A stretch of DNA of 64,000 bases from Auanema rhodensis (GCA_964057225.1 OZ059897.1:17050001-17114000), one strand, 5' to 3'. Positions 29,810 to 47,669 are shown, counted from the first letter of the stretch. The notes: generated by a model not told the origin, from the sequence alone. Translations and numbers: made by a program.

Positions 29810-32695
29810 ATGGAGGCGAACGAGTATTTTTCTACTTATGACGCATTACATAACGTAACAACTTTGGTAATTCTTCCAACCCATAAGTAATTATTTTTAG
29901 GAGACAAATGAACCTGGACGATTAACAATTAATCTTCCAGAAACATGTGGACTGAGCAAAATTGTTTGGTCTTCATTTGATTTTATGACAGGCCCTGAGC
30001 TTCGGTTTGTATGGGAAGTAAGTCAAGTATCCATTAATTACTTTTAACTAATTATTTAATTTTGGATTACACCATCTGTATCAATATCACCTATAAACCT
30101 TAGTGGAGAAGGCTCTATTAACGATGCTGAAAGTTTGGATTCTTCTATATCAGTTCAATCCGGACAATATGAAGACATTGACGATCCATTAAAGGTTAGA
30201 TTACTGTTTCCTACTATTATTACAATATTATATAGGCTGAGTTGACGGCTCTAGATATGTCAGAACATATGCTACTGTCTGATTCAGCTTTTCATTTTTT
30301 CGAGTCCCCCAGTAGATTAGGTTTACCTCATTTTTTTGTTCTTTGTATTACAAATAATAATGCTGTTAGGTGATTTACCTTATTTGGAAGATTATATGAC
30401 CGAAAGTCGCAGTACTACAACTTTAACAAATACTACAACATCTACATGCACTTTGAACATTCCAACTGGAGCTCGAAGTAATAGCAGTGTATGTTTTTTA
30501 TTATTTCAAAAGTACATATATTTCAAGAAAAAAGTGTTCAGTAATTATTTTTTTGGATAAGCTTTGTTCATCATTGTCTTGTAGGATACAACACAAACAT
30601 CACCTTGTCTACCGGATGGGGATTTTGGAACTCCTACAGCTGATAGTCATCTTTTAAATATATTTGATTCCAAAGAGTAAACAATTTATCTTAGTTGTTC
30701 ATTAGCTTTATGAATGCTATAGGAACGGCGAAGACAACCAACCACAATTTGAAGAAACTAACGATTACTATTCTCTTACTACGGAGTTAAAGGATATGAG
30801 TGGTGATATCTTAAAATAATAATAGCTTTTTTTCATCACTTTTGAATTTTAGCTGTTGTTACTTCGTGCGTAGATTCCGGAATTGGTGGAACCATATCAA
30901 GCCATAGTGAATTTAGTGGGCTTTGTCAATCTCCTCTTAATAAAACAAGTAACAAAAAGTTTGAGGATGAATATGAGAGGTATATTAGTTTTTAAAGCGT
31001 AATTTTGATTTGTTTTAAAGATGGACTCCTGATATTGACGACATGACGTATTTGTTAGATGTACCTTTTGATTCCAATGATGATGTTATATCTGATGAAG
31101 TTTTTGTCTCTAAGTTTGTTTTAGCTGAACAAATCTGCAGGTTTCTTATTTATGTAATAACCATATCGTCATTTATTGTTTAAGTACCCAACTACCATCA
31201 AATCCCATGATGCATAAACTGACCGTAGTACCATCTCGTCGTCTGATGGTAGCTTCCTTTATTTTTTCTTCTGAAGATGGAAGCGGCAGACATACTCTTC
31301 ATGCTATATCATTTCTTTTTAATCATCGAAGGTTTGTAAATCAAAGCAAATATATGATAAGATATGATTTTCAGATGCCAATGGTTCATGGCACGTCAAA
31401 ATTTTTTTGAAGTTGCTTTGATGGATTTTCTTCCGCGTATTAAAGCTTCAATGACTGTGGTATTTTATATTTCCTAATAAATTATATTGTTAACTAGTTA
31501 TTTCAGGAAGAATGGGATGATGTTATTATTCGAGCAACCTCTGAGCTTTCCTCGTTTGTAAATGTATTAGGAACATTGGATAGATTTACTTTGGTGTCTA
31601 TGTGCCGGCCCGTTATGGTAAGATTCAGATTTATTTTTATGCTTTGCTTAATTTATTCGTTCAAAATTACAGATAAAAAATACTTTGTTTTCTCGAAAAA
31701 AGTGTTTTGATGATAAATTATTAGCCAAAGTTTTGTCTGGGGTACTTCAAAGCCAAGGTTACTGCGTTATCATCGGTTCCGATTGTTCATATATAACTTC
31801 GGTTTGCTCTATTCTTTTCTTAGGTTTTAATTAAATTTTTTCAGTTATTGAACACTTTAGTTTTATTTTTACCTGAAGAAATTCGATGGTGTTGTTTAAG
31901 AGTTTTTAAAAACGAGTATAGTCCCTATTTTCGATTACAGGCGATTTGTAGGGTAAATCAAGAAATGAGAAAAAAAATTAATAATTTGTTTTTAGAATGA
32001 ATTACCTACCGTAGTTTCCACTGGCGTGCTAGCCACATGGCCAATATGTATCGCTGATGTTGATAGGGGCACTGTATGTATGTCTGCTCCGTATAGGTTA
32101 GACTTTTCACTTTAATATTCATTGAATTCTATTCTATAGCCGGCACCGAGTTCTCCGTCTGAGAGCGGAAGTGGAAAAGATTCAAACCGTTTTAACAAAT
32201 GGTGCTTTAGGATCTAAACCTGTAAAATTGTCAGTTTTTCATTTTTTATATTTCTGAGTATTTTGTTTTGCCAGGGAGCTCAGTCCATGCAGGGTTTTGG
32301 AGAGTGTTAAGCAGTTTTTGCAACATATGAACAATTTGCCGGTTGAGGTTTAATTGAATATTTTTTGATTCTAAAATTTGATATTTTGAAGGAATCTTCA
32401 AGAATGGGTTATGTTAATCAATTTATGCTATATATTGAGAATCTTGCACGTGCTCTCATTCAGTACGTAAAAGATGCAAGGTATGTATTCTTGGCAAGAT
32501 ATGCATGTTTAGTTTTTTTTCTATTTTTTTAGTGCTCCACATCACAATGAAAAAGAGAACGCACTTAAAAGTGGGAAGTTTTCCTTATCAGAATGTAGGA
32601 AAGCTTTAGATCTTCAATCAGACAGTTGGTTTCATGCTGTCCTCGCACGAGCTGAACTCATACAGCCTGATATTGCTGATTTTCTTTATATGTAA
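29810..32695 (+). CDS. alfa-1: C9orf72 orthologue (longin/DENN-like; multi-exon)
   Basis: SSFDFMTGPELRFVW (cf. FDNILGPRVRHIW), LQSQGYCVIIG (cf. LQTCGCSVVVG), LNTLVLFL, WPICIADVDRGTV, QFMLYIENLARALIQYV (cf. QFLLVLHRKALTLIKYI), and VLARAELIQPDIADFLYM*. Confidence 0.88.
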
Positions 32696-33028
32696 ACTTA
32701 TTAGAAACGTTTCAGTTATGTATACGCTGTGCGAAAATTTATAGAAACTTTTGTAATTTCCCCCCTTTTGCTTGAAATTGTCTACGATAATATCCTAACT
32801 AACTGCTAGTCTTTATCATGCTGAGAATTATTTTGTTCTAATATATCCTACAAATACTATTATAGGTTAATATAGTACATAAAAACTATTATCTCAGACG
32901 ATAAACTTTGTGCCTTGAACCTCACTTATTTAACTCAATTTTGATAATTTTCTGTACATAAAATATATTTTACTTTCATTATTTTTAACTCATATTTTAA
33001 TTCCTAAATATTTAATTTAAACACGAGA

Positions 33029-35089
33029 TTAAAAAGTCATGGCACATATCATATTATGAATGGGAATTGCTGCTAAAGCCGCTGATAGAATACCTATTGT
33101 ATCAGCTAAGGATGTTGTAGATAGGGCAAATTCCCGAATTTCTGGCTTCATCTTGAAATATAATTTTGAATATTGGTAAATTTTGGTATTTTACCTTTTT
33201 GTGTATATGGTGAAAACTGTTTACATACGAAGCCCCTCCAATAAATCCCTCGAACAGAACAATTGATGACACTATTGCAAAGTGTGGTACAAATTGATAA
33301 ATAGCGTTGAAAAAAAAGAAAATCGCATTCAAAATCTGTAAATGATAACTTTGATTATATATTTCTTAAGAAGAAGATTCAAAAAAATGTCTTTACTTGA
33401 AGGATTGGTAATATTGCTATTCCAAACATATTTAAACGAATTAATGTGATCGAAGAACGTGATATCAGTACACCAACTTGATATAAAACCTAGAATGGAC
33501 TTATATAATTTACTTATTTGAAAATAATAATAACAGAAACTTGTATTATTAAAAATATTTAAAAAAATAAATAATTGTCCAACTTTACAAAAAGAAAAAA
33601 CGTATCACCTGGTACCAACGATATTGAGATGCTGGGCTAGTATTATAACCATGATCACAATCAAAAATAGTCAGTTCTAACTAAAAAAATTATTGTTTTT
33701 TAAATTAAAACAGTTTTTATACCAATCCTTGATTTATAAAATATTCAGCAAAATATACAAAATACAACGGAATCATATATTTCAGAAGGCTCTGAATAGT
33801 CTTATCTTTGTTTCAGCATTGTTATAAAATACTTTAATGTACCTGTACTACTTCATACTTGTTCGTTTCCTCAAATTTCTGGCTTTCTATAGTTTCGTTC
33901 TCATTTTGGACTTCAATAGTCTTTGTGATCCTAATATTATGCAGATATTTAATAGTATAAATGAATTGATTCTGACCTTGGAACATTCATTTCTACCCAA
34001 TTTTGAGGCTGGAAAATGCTTACTTTTTTAACAGTCTTTGGTTTTTCCAATATAATGAAATAACTGAAAAAAGTTAATTGTTTTACTACAATGTAATTTT
34101 TCTTCTTTTCCTACGTCAGAAGAAAAATCAATGGAACAATCAACATAATGTGCATCGCTTGTGATGGAGATAAGCCAAGTAAAAGTGAATCAGTCAAACC
34201 CGCATATGATAAAGCTCCAGCAATACCAGCCATTCCAGTTCCAGATGACCAAGTTGAAATCGTATGCCTTAAAAGTTCATGTTTTTGTTGCTGACCTAAC
34301 ATTTGTTTACTTTATCTCGCTCACGCGCTCTGTTAAAATCTAACTTACTTAGAGTAATGACTGGCTAAAGCCAGATAGGTTACTTCACCAAGTCCGCCAG
34401 AAAGAGATCCCATCATAACACCAATTAAAGCTATGTGTACTGAATTAGCGTAAGAGGTGATAACTAAAGCTAATGCTTGAAGTACTACAACAGCAGCATG
34501 GCGAACACTGTAAACAATAGATTAATTTCAATATAGTTTTTGAAACTCAGATTCAAAAATTAAATTTTTAGCCTGATCATAAAAATATAAAAATTGCAAT
34601 TAATATTTTTAAATAGTTAATGTCAATCTTATCGTACCCATAAGGAAACCAGTGCCCAATTAAGGGATAAATAGCTTTTATGATTAAAGCCGGCAGTATA
34701 TTGCATAGAAGAACGATTCCAGCCGATTGTGGGGTGCATTGGCGGACAGAAATATTTTCCTAAAAAGAAATTTAGCATTTAATATGAAGAAAAGAAAGAG
34801 AATAGCTTACCAAGCATACGTCGGGTCTGCTAGGTTCAATTTTATCATCATGCTTTTTCAAAATATCCTGAGCTGCAGTTAACATAACCACATATACGAA
34901 GTTATTACATATCCCAAAAATCCTTAAAATTAATATAAAATACATTTAAATTTAGGAATATTATATATATGTATATATATATAATTGGATTATATTTTAA
35001 ATTTTGAAAAAAATGATTGATGCTGAACATGAATCTCACCAAAAAGCAATTAGATTTTGTGTTTCCCATTTTCGAGTTTGTGCCGACAT
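33029..35089 (-). CDS. cln-3: Battenin/CLN3 lysosomal membrane protein (multi-exon)
   Basis: FWIFGICNNFVYVVMLTAAQDI, ILLCNILPA, SGGLGEVTYL, TWSSGTGMAGIAGA, VYFAEYFINQG, QYRWYQVLYQVGVLISRSS and EGFIGGASYVN. Confidence 0.95.
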
Positions 35090-36539
35090 CTTCTATAATT
35101 AGCCACTATTGCAAAGTACAAATATATAGTAAAGATATTGAAATACGAATTTGGTTCACATTTCACATATTATGTATTAGAATATAAGTTTTACAACATT
35201 TTTTTGAAACTTTAAAAGAATTAAAATGAAAACTATTTTTCTTATTTATTCAAATAAAAAAAATCATGATTGATAGATGTATTATATCTGATGATAAATC
35301 ATTTTCCACACGATAAGAGAATCATAATCAATCTTAAAGACAATTAGAATTTACTGAAAATGGTTGACGAATTGATGACATACATGCACTTCACTTACAT
35401 GTATCTTCTGTCACATATTCTCTGTTCAAGATCGTTTGATGTTAAGAAAGAACGGGAAAAACGGATTTCATTGGCAAATTGGCTCAAAATTCGATTGTTA
35501 TACAGACGAATTGTCGTTATTGGAATTCACAAAAATAATCAAAAAAAGAAATGAGTATAAAACTTACTTAATAAACATTTAGAATAGAGAAATATATGAA
35601 ATCTATAGAAGCATGAAGAACTTATATGTATTTTAGCAGTATCATTATATTAAAAATATAGGAGAAAACATTTGATTTTGTTATTGAAATATTTCAAATA
35701 TTGTCAGATCAATGATGAGAATATGGATGTTATTATATCCAGAAAAGTTATATTGTGTAATGTGAATAGAGGAACTAGAAGGAGTGAAGAAAACTGGATT
35801 TGAGTTAACAATCTTTTATGGGAATTATCAGATTCAAGTAAAACAGTCAAGTGTTCTGTTCAGTTGTAATGACTTTCTTTTTAAAAATTTATTCTTTATA
35901 AGTATTTCATTCTATATAACTCTATTTTAAAAAATTTTAAATTTTAAAAGATAGGACACCAAATGGTTGCTACTGCCTTCTGAAGAAGAAAAAATGTTTT
36001 ATGAAAATTTATTTCAATTTTGATCTTTCATCGAAATATCATAAGACATGTAAACTGGATCTTGTGACTAAAAATTGCTGTAATTTAGTAGAAATTGACT
36101 GAAATTTGTAATATCGTATTTGAATTTTGAAAATTAACGTCATTAATCTCAAAAAAAAACTTTTATTTTTGTGATACATAAACATATATAGTATAAGAAT
36201 TGAACATAACATTTTATTGTCAAGTCATGATATCAGACTATTCTGTTAAAAATGATTTTTAAAGAGTAGAAGACGAAGCAAACGATCAAATTAATTGATC
36301 AAATTCATGTCGTGATATATAGCAGGTTGAGTGAATAACTTCCTAAATATGTTAGATTATAATATAAAACAATGATTGTTCAACCTGTGTAGAGCATAGA
36401 ACTGGCTTCTCTTACCAACACGGAAAGGTGAAAAGAAAACCTTTGAAACATCAGAGCGAATGTTCTGAACCATTCATCAAATTAAACTATTCATTACCTC
36501 AGACTATTTTATATTAAGAAGCAAACTTACTCTGTAAAT

Positions 36540-37330
36540 ATCACAGGAGGCATACGTTATGAAAATGCAGAGAAATAGCATTAGAAATTGATATCTTGCA
36601 GAAATTTGCATTTTTGAATTTCTCCTAAAAAAAACAATAATAAGTTCAATATTTTTTGTAATTTGTAAAGATTTGTATAAAAGAAGAGTTCATAAACTTG
36701 GAAAATGCTTGAACTGAAGGCGGATTTACAAATGACGTCATAGTAAAACAGCAATAGCACAGAAAGAAAACCTGCGAGCTTCTTCTTCAGATAAATTCTC
36801 TTTAGTCAAACGATCAAAAATCTTTATTTGTCAGGAATAAAATAGAGAGATCGAGTTAAAAGTGAAGAAGAAAAGAAAGATTCGAGTAGAGGAGTCGGCA
36901 ATATATAACGATAAAAATTGCTGAGAATTAGAAAGGATTGATATGATGCAAGTGTTGCCAGAAAAGGCTGTTCTAGCGATTTAAATACAAACGAATGTAT
37001 GGGGATTTTTAGTCAGTAAGGGATTCAAAGAGCTAAGCTAAGTTTATATCTGATATCAAAGTTATTTTGTTATTTTTATTAAATATAACGGAATTTTTGT
37101 TTAATGAAAAAGTTACAAACTCAACTAAGTCGTTTATAATCCTTTGTTTAAGTTACTTCAAAGCAATTTCACTTATATAGTATGCAGGAAAGACTAAGAT
37201 TGATAGAACGAGGAATGAATTAAATGGAAATGTCCGAAACAGAACGTGCGCACGAGATCTACATGCGAAGAGAAGACGTAGATGCTTATGTGGTCATGGG
37301 TAATGGGGAACCAATCTGGAAATTGCAAAT
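36540..37330 (+). mobile_element. Decayed RTE-clade LINE reverse-transcriptase relic
   Basis: Broken motifs in the expected order: FTNDVIV at 36725-36745 (cf. FADDIVL), GKTKIDRTRNE at 37187-37219 (cf. gvtrlDriRNE), and RRRCLCGHG (cf. rlrWaGHv). Confidence 0.45.
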
Positions 37331-38553
37331 AATGTTGTGAAGACTGCGAAAATAAGAAAGTTCAAAAGGTTGGCTGAACGGAGATGAGGGATGGGAGAGG
37401 TTTAGCCAGTATAGGATAGAAGGAGTCATGCCCTTTTTTGGATATGTCAAAGCAATTGTACTATGGCAAATGACTATACGCATGATGGAAGACTTCCGGG
37501 GAACATAGGATTCCTATCTGTAGCCAATTACTTCCCTGCTTACTGTTTCCGAAGTGATGTAGCTGATGAGTATGGGAGAGGGTCATGTGTAAATCTATTC
37601 GGGAAATAGAATCAAATCAGTTCGGCATATATACTTCAAGAAATTTTCTCGGTTTAGAAAAAAAATCAAATGACGAAACGATGAAGACTGCTTCTCATTT
37701 CGGAAGTTCTCAAGTGAAAAAGAAAGAAAGAAAGAGTGCTGTAAGAGCTGGCAACTCCTTCATACATGAAGAGTTCTCCATACTGAAGTTTTGAAAATCA
37801 AAGAATCAATTCATGATGTTCTACTTTAAAAACGATTCAAAATTGAAAACTATGATGAAGCGAAACGAAATTACGAAATTGAAGATAAGTTTTATTTCTT
37901 TACTCTAGACTGACGAAGAAGTTATTGAAGTGGATTAAAATTTGAAATTTCTTAGATCAATCTCAAAGTTATGAAAGCCTAAAAGCAACGTTAGTATATG
38001 AGAGGAGAGAACAAAAATAATCCAAAAAAAAAAGAAAAAAATTCGAATATTAACGACATATTTTTTTTGTTCTTCTGGCCAATACAAAAGGTTTCAAAAA
38101 GTAAAACAAAAATGAAAAGACAGCATAATTTTGAATTTTTGTCTGTTAATCCTGTCCTGACTAAGAACTCAGAGCTTGGATGAATCACATGATCGATTGC
38201 AGGATTATTTTGGAATATTGTGTTATGATTGTTTTTGGTTCATACTAAGTAAGAAAGCCAGTTGAAGAACTTCCGAACAAAATGCTCTACTAGGATTTAT
38301 GAGATAATAATGATAATATTTGTTGTTGTATGTCAAAATTTTTGAAACCACAGAGAATTAAGTAAAGACAAAATGTGTATATTCTATTTTCATTGTTTAT
38401 TATTTGTTAGAATATATATGCATATTACATATATGCTTGGATTAGAAATAAAATTCAATGTATCTGTCTGATTTTCCTTTTTCGGGGTCAGCCATATGCA
38501 TTAACCATTAACCTCACTTTTCTTCTGTTGTTATGGTGTGATATATGAAACAA

Positions 38554-38567
38554 GTCGTCATGGCAAC
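38554..38567 (+). promoter_or_regulatory. X-box (RFX/DAF-19 site) GTCGTCATGGCAAC
   Basis: Matches GTHNYYATRRNAAC, lies 55 bp upstream of the mks-3 ATG, and is typical of nematode ciliary genes. Confidence 0.85.
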
Positions 38568-38621
38568 ACGACAGCGTTCTAATCTACGAACAAATTTGGA
38601 GTAAAGCCAGAAAAGATTCAG

Positions 38622-42785
<4,164 letters not shown>

Positions 42786-42791
42786 TTACGA

Positions 42792-42805
42792 AATAAAACT
42801 TTATT
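42792..42805. terminator. Back-to-back polyadenylation signals (AATAAA on + at 42792-42797; AATAAA on - at 42800-42805)
   Basis: Both hexamers lie in the 34-nt gap between the convergent stop codons of mks-3 and GCDH. Confidence 0.6.
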
Positions 42806-42819
42806 TTAAAAAACGATAT

Positions 42820-44601
42820 CTAGCAGAAAGCTGGAAGTCCAGTTACTGCTTTTCCCAAAATTAAGGCATGAATGTCATGTGTTCCTAAATAAATAATTTA
42901 CTCAACATATTCAATATTGAAAAATACCTTCATAGGTGTTCACAGTTTCTAAGTTTATCATGTGACGCATAATGTGGTATTCATCACTAATGCCTGGAAA
43001 AGAAAATCATTCAAACGTTCAATTAACTATAGAAACCATTTCCTCCAAGAATATCTCTAGCTTTTCTAGCGACTTCTAAAGATTTTCCACAGGAGTTTCT
43101 CTTTACGAGGGAGATTTGTTCGGGCAAAACCTTTCCTTCGTCCTAAATTACTTATTTTATAAAAAATCCAATGTTATTATTCAAGTTCTACCTTTAGCCT
43201 CGCAACACGAAGACATCCTTGGAGGCCAAGCGTGATTTCTGTTAGCATATCAGCAAATTTAAGCTGAATAAGTTGAGTTTGGGCAAGTGGGCGACCAAAT
43301 TGAATTCTGGAATTTAAAGTGATCGGTAAACAATACTTGATACTCAAAAACCTATCCAACGCATAAGCGCGAGACAAGTGAAAGCATTCCTCAGCTGCTC
43401 CCAGAGCTCCGAAGGCAATACCTAAGCGAGCATTGTTAAGGCATCCGAATGGCCCCGCAAGCCCCTGTGTCTGTAAAATAGAAAAGTAATGAAACATGGC
43501 ACGAAGTTTTCGATACTTTAGGAAGAAGATTGATTTCAGGCACAACAACATCATCCATAGAAATCTGCCCGGTAACTGATGCTCTCAATGAGAGTTTTCC
43601 TTTAATTGCTGGAGTAGTTAATCCTTCCATACCGCGTTCAAGAATGAAGCCCTGAAAATAAGTTTTGATGGTATTATGAATAATTTGCATACTTTGATCG
43701 CATTGTTGTGCTTTTCACTTCTTGCCCAAACAATCATTACATCAGCAACGGGACTGTTGGTAATCCATGTTTTGGAACCAGAAAGTCGGTAAGATTTAAT
43801 GTTTTCATCCCACCTTAGAGAAAATTTTAATCAATAAAAACGTGTAATTTTACTTGGCAACAGTTTCCATACCAGAGGGGTTAGATCCATGGTTGGGTTC
43901 AGTTAAACCAAAGCAACCAATCTTCTCACCACTGGCTAAAGAAGGAATGTATTTTTCTTTTTGCTCCTCTGATCCTATAATTTCATAATAATGATTTACT
44001 ATGCAATTCAAAAATAAACCATAATTGTAAATTGGGCCAATCACAAGACTTGTTTGAACACTCATTGTGGATCGGTAGCCAGAATCTATCCTCTCAACTT
44101 CTCTAGCAAGAAGCCCATATCCAACGCCAGACACACCAGCACAACCGTATCCCTGATATTTTAATAAAATTCAAATCATAAATAAATTCAAACTTGATAT
44201 GGAGCACCTAATAACCCCATTTTCCCCATTTCTGGAATAAGAGTCTTATCGAAAACTGAAAATGAAAAAAATAGGCATGTCGAGAACGTATGAATATACC
44301 TTCGCCTCGGTAAGCCTCTGTAATTCGAGGAAGAAGTTTATCTTTGCAGTATTCACGAGTACTTAACATCAGAGCTCGTTCATCCTATAATAATCCAATA
44401 CTTTCCAGATTTTTTTAAACCAGATAATACAACTATTGTACCTCAGTCAATTGCCCTGCGAAGTCAAAAGCATCTTGATAATTGAAAGTTCCGATATCTA
44501 AAGCAAGTTAATGAACTCTGCACATCAGTTTTAAATAAACTTCTAGCAGCAAAACTACATCCTGATGCGTGAGAAAGTAAGCGAAGTTTGTTGGCAAGCA
44601 T
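42820..44601 (-). CDS. GCDH: Glutaryl-CoA dehydrogenase, mitochondrial (multi-exon)
   Basis: Basic targeting peptide, [71 protein letters not shown] and [13 protein letters not shown]. Confidence 0.96.
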
Positions 44602-44918
44602 TCTCTTAAAATACAGAACTATGATTTAAATGGAACATCGATAAAACGGCAGCCACATTTATTACATCAATAATCAAATCTCTTCACAGACAGTAAATAA
44701 TTGAAAGTATACTTTCTCATGAAAAAAACATTACGAGAATAGCAACAGGTTTAAACTTTAAATTTTTTCATTCTTCACAAAAGCAAGATAATTATGAGTA
44801 ACTTTCTTCTAATACCCGCATTTTAACAAATGTGTTATACCAATGTAAATAAGGAAAGTGGAAACTAAAAATGAAAATAGAGAAAAATAATAATATAATT
44901 AGAGATGACATCATGAAA

Positions 44919-46161
44919 TTACAAATGTAAACTTCTAAGCGTTTGCTTTTGCGTATCAGTTAAACTCTTCGGGAACACAATATCAAATTCAACGATCAAG
45001 TCACCACGTACATTAGGCGATTTTGGGTTAGGCAACCCTTTTCCAGTAATCCTGAAAATAAAATTTCTTTTTTTTTTCATATGTTTTACACACCTTCTAC
45101 TAGCACCAGGGGTGATGACGTCGTTAATCGTTAATGGGTGTGATCCGCCACCTAATAAAGGAATGTCAGAAGTTGTTCCAGTAAGAGCATCGATCAATTT
45201 GATCTTTTGAACATATCTAATATCAGCTCCTTCTCTTTTGAACTTAGGATGAGATTTATCCTATAATCAAAAAATAAAATACATGTGATTGCACATATGA
45301 TACCTTAATAATAAATACAATATCGGCCGGAATCTTTCCAGGATGCTGATCGCCTTCCTTAGGAAATGTTATCTTAGTTCCACTTTTCCATCCTGGTTTA
45401 ATGTTAACAGTCAAAACCTTATCCTCCACCTTAGCAATACTATCAGGCCCAAGAATTTTTCTAATAAATCAATTATGACAATAACAAATAAAAATTTACC
45501 TCGTTATTTTCATTTTTTTGGTGCAACCAGTTAAAATATCTTCCATACTGACTTGAAGCTCATGCATGACAGTTGGATCTTGTCTTGGGGCAGCTCGTCG
45601 ATGTGCATGTCCAGGAAAACCGAAATCATCCATGCCGCCACCCATATTAAAAAACATTGGATTACCACCCATCCCAAAGAAGCCATCATCGCCACCAGTA
45701 GTGAACATTTGGCTGAACATTCGCATGGGATCTCCTTGGAACTAAAAGTAATTCTCATTTCCAATATAATTGTGAAATCTATTTACCTCATAGGTGAATC
45801 CAGGGCCTCCAGGGCCAGCTTCACCTGCACCATTCTTTAACCCTTCTTCTCCATATTTATCATAAATTTCTTTCTTCTTGGGATCAGACAACACATCGTA
45901 AGCTTCGGCTATTTCCTTTAAATAAAAGAAAATATGAGTCTTTTATAAAGGTCAAAAGGATACAAAGACTACAGTAACGGGTGAGATCAAATACTGCTAG
46001 ATGAATAAAAATTTACAACTTACTTTAAATTTATTTTCTGCTCCAGCTTCTTTATTTTTATCTGGATGGTATTTCAAAGCCATCTTACGATATGCTTTTT
46101 TAATTTCATCGTCACTGGCGTTTTTAGCAACACCTAATATATTATAGTAATTCTTTCCCAT
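44919..46161 (-). CDS. dnj-13: Class B Hsp40/DNAJB co-chaperone (multi-exon)
   Basis: J domain [28 protein letters not shown]-rich region, [28 protein letters not shown] and [13 protein letters not shown]. Confidence 0.93.
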
Positions 46162-46468
46162 TGTAACAGCTTACAATATTGACAATACTGAAAGAAAAAG
46201 ATTCAGAATATTAGTTTTTTAGTAAATTAAAAATTACATGAAGACTAACAAAAAAAGCATTGTTTCAAATTTTATAAAAATATTTATGTATTAAAATTGA
46301 GGTATATAATGATATAGGTTTATAGTATCAGTTAATATAATAGAAGTTAATAATAAGGAACAGGGGTTAAGAGAAAATCTTGAAATCTGAAAATTAGAAA
46401 TCTAAACGAATAAATAACGAGCCGCGCCTTTCAGTTGAATGATGATTCCACCAGAGAATTTGCTAGCG

Positions 46469-46483
46469 CTTCTAGAATTTTCT
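46469..46483. promoter_or_regulatory. Heat-shock element cTTCtaGAAttTTCt
   Basis: Three perfect alternating nGAAn units ~310 bp upstream of the dnj-13 ATG, in the divergent promoter shared with the OVCA2-like gene. Confidence 0.8.
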
Positions 46484-46659
46484 GTTTACTCCATCTATGC
46501 AGGCTATGAAGTTCGATCGTCCTCTGCCCATAACAAATGTTATACGTGCACATCTCAAAATACTGGCATTGTGCCAGATTACTACAAAGCTTAATAGATG
46601 TTGTATTTCCAATCAAATTAAAAATAAGTTTTATTTTAAATTGTGAATTTTTTTTTTAT

Positions 46660-47411
46660 ATGAGTGACAAAAAGGTGCGGATATTATGTCTTCATGGGTA
46701 TCGCCAGAATAATGTTTTGTTTCGTGAAAAAACAGGAAGCATACGTAAACTTATGAAAAAATATGCGGATTTTGAGTTTCTATCAGGTAATAATAAATGT
46801 TGCTAACTATTTTCTAACAAGTTTTGTGTGGGAATGTTGATAGTTATAGCCCCTTTAACTCCTAATATTACTGGTGAAAGCGATAGGGATGATGCTCGTG
46901 CTTGGTGGTTTTCAAGAGCTTCTAATGAATTTAGTTCTAAGGTTTGTTGTAACGAATCAAGCACTTGTTGACATCATCCTTTGTTTAGGATATCACCGAA
47001 TTGGCTACAGGCTTTCAAGATTCAGTTGATTGTGTAGTGAACTTTGTGAAAGAGAAAGGACCTTTTGATGGCATTCTTGGATTCAGCCAAGGCGCATCTA
47101 TGGCACATCTGCTCCTAGCTTTAGAAGAGCAGAAACATATCTGTCTAGGATTCAAATTTGCTATGTTCTTTGCTGGATTTTTAAGTCTATCGTCTATTCA
47201 CGAAGTGCTGCTGTCGTCCGAGTTTCTTATTCCTGCCCTACATGTTTATGGAGAAAGTGATGATATTGTAAAGATGGAAAGAAGCATGGAATTACAGTCC
47301 AAATTCAAAAACAGTGTGTCAGTAACTCACGACGGAGGACATTGTGTTCCTTCCATGTCAAAAAGTAAAGAAACTTTACGAGATTTCTTAGAGAAACAAC
47401 TCAAACTTTAA
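46660..47411 (+). CDS. OVCA2/FSH1-family serine hydrolase (3 exons)
   Basis: [29 protein letters not shown] (nucleophile), [13 protein letters not shown] and HDGGHCVP. Confidence 0.93.
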
Positions 47412-47669
47412 GTTCTAATGCACTTTTGTCTAGCTGATATATTGTTGTTATTTGTTTTTTTGTATAAAGTGAAGTATTAGTACGATTTATACTTATCCAA
47501 ACTGTTTTATCTGTGTTTTAACTAATATCAAAATGTTTCTGGGGATTTGAAGACAATCTTTTCATTTTAGATTATTATTGTTTATTTTTCTAGGGGAATC
47601 GTTTCGAATTTCGTTTTGCTCCTCTGTCCAATGATTTGTAACTATTTTTCTTTTCTAGATGATTAAGAT

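Noticed and set aside
29810-35089. Adjacency of two endolysosomal disease genes (C9orf72 and CLN3) as a functional cluster
   Set aside because: They are convergent with no shared promoter; most likely coincidence.
45981-46003. TGAGATCA.. as a bantam/miR-80-family miRNA
   Set aside because: There is no complementary arm to form a pre-miRNA hairpin.
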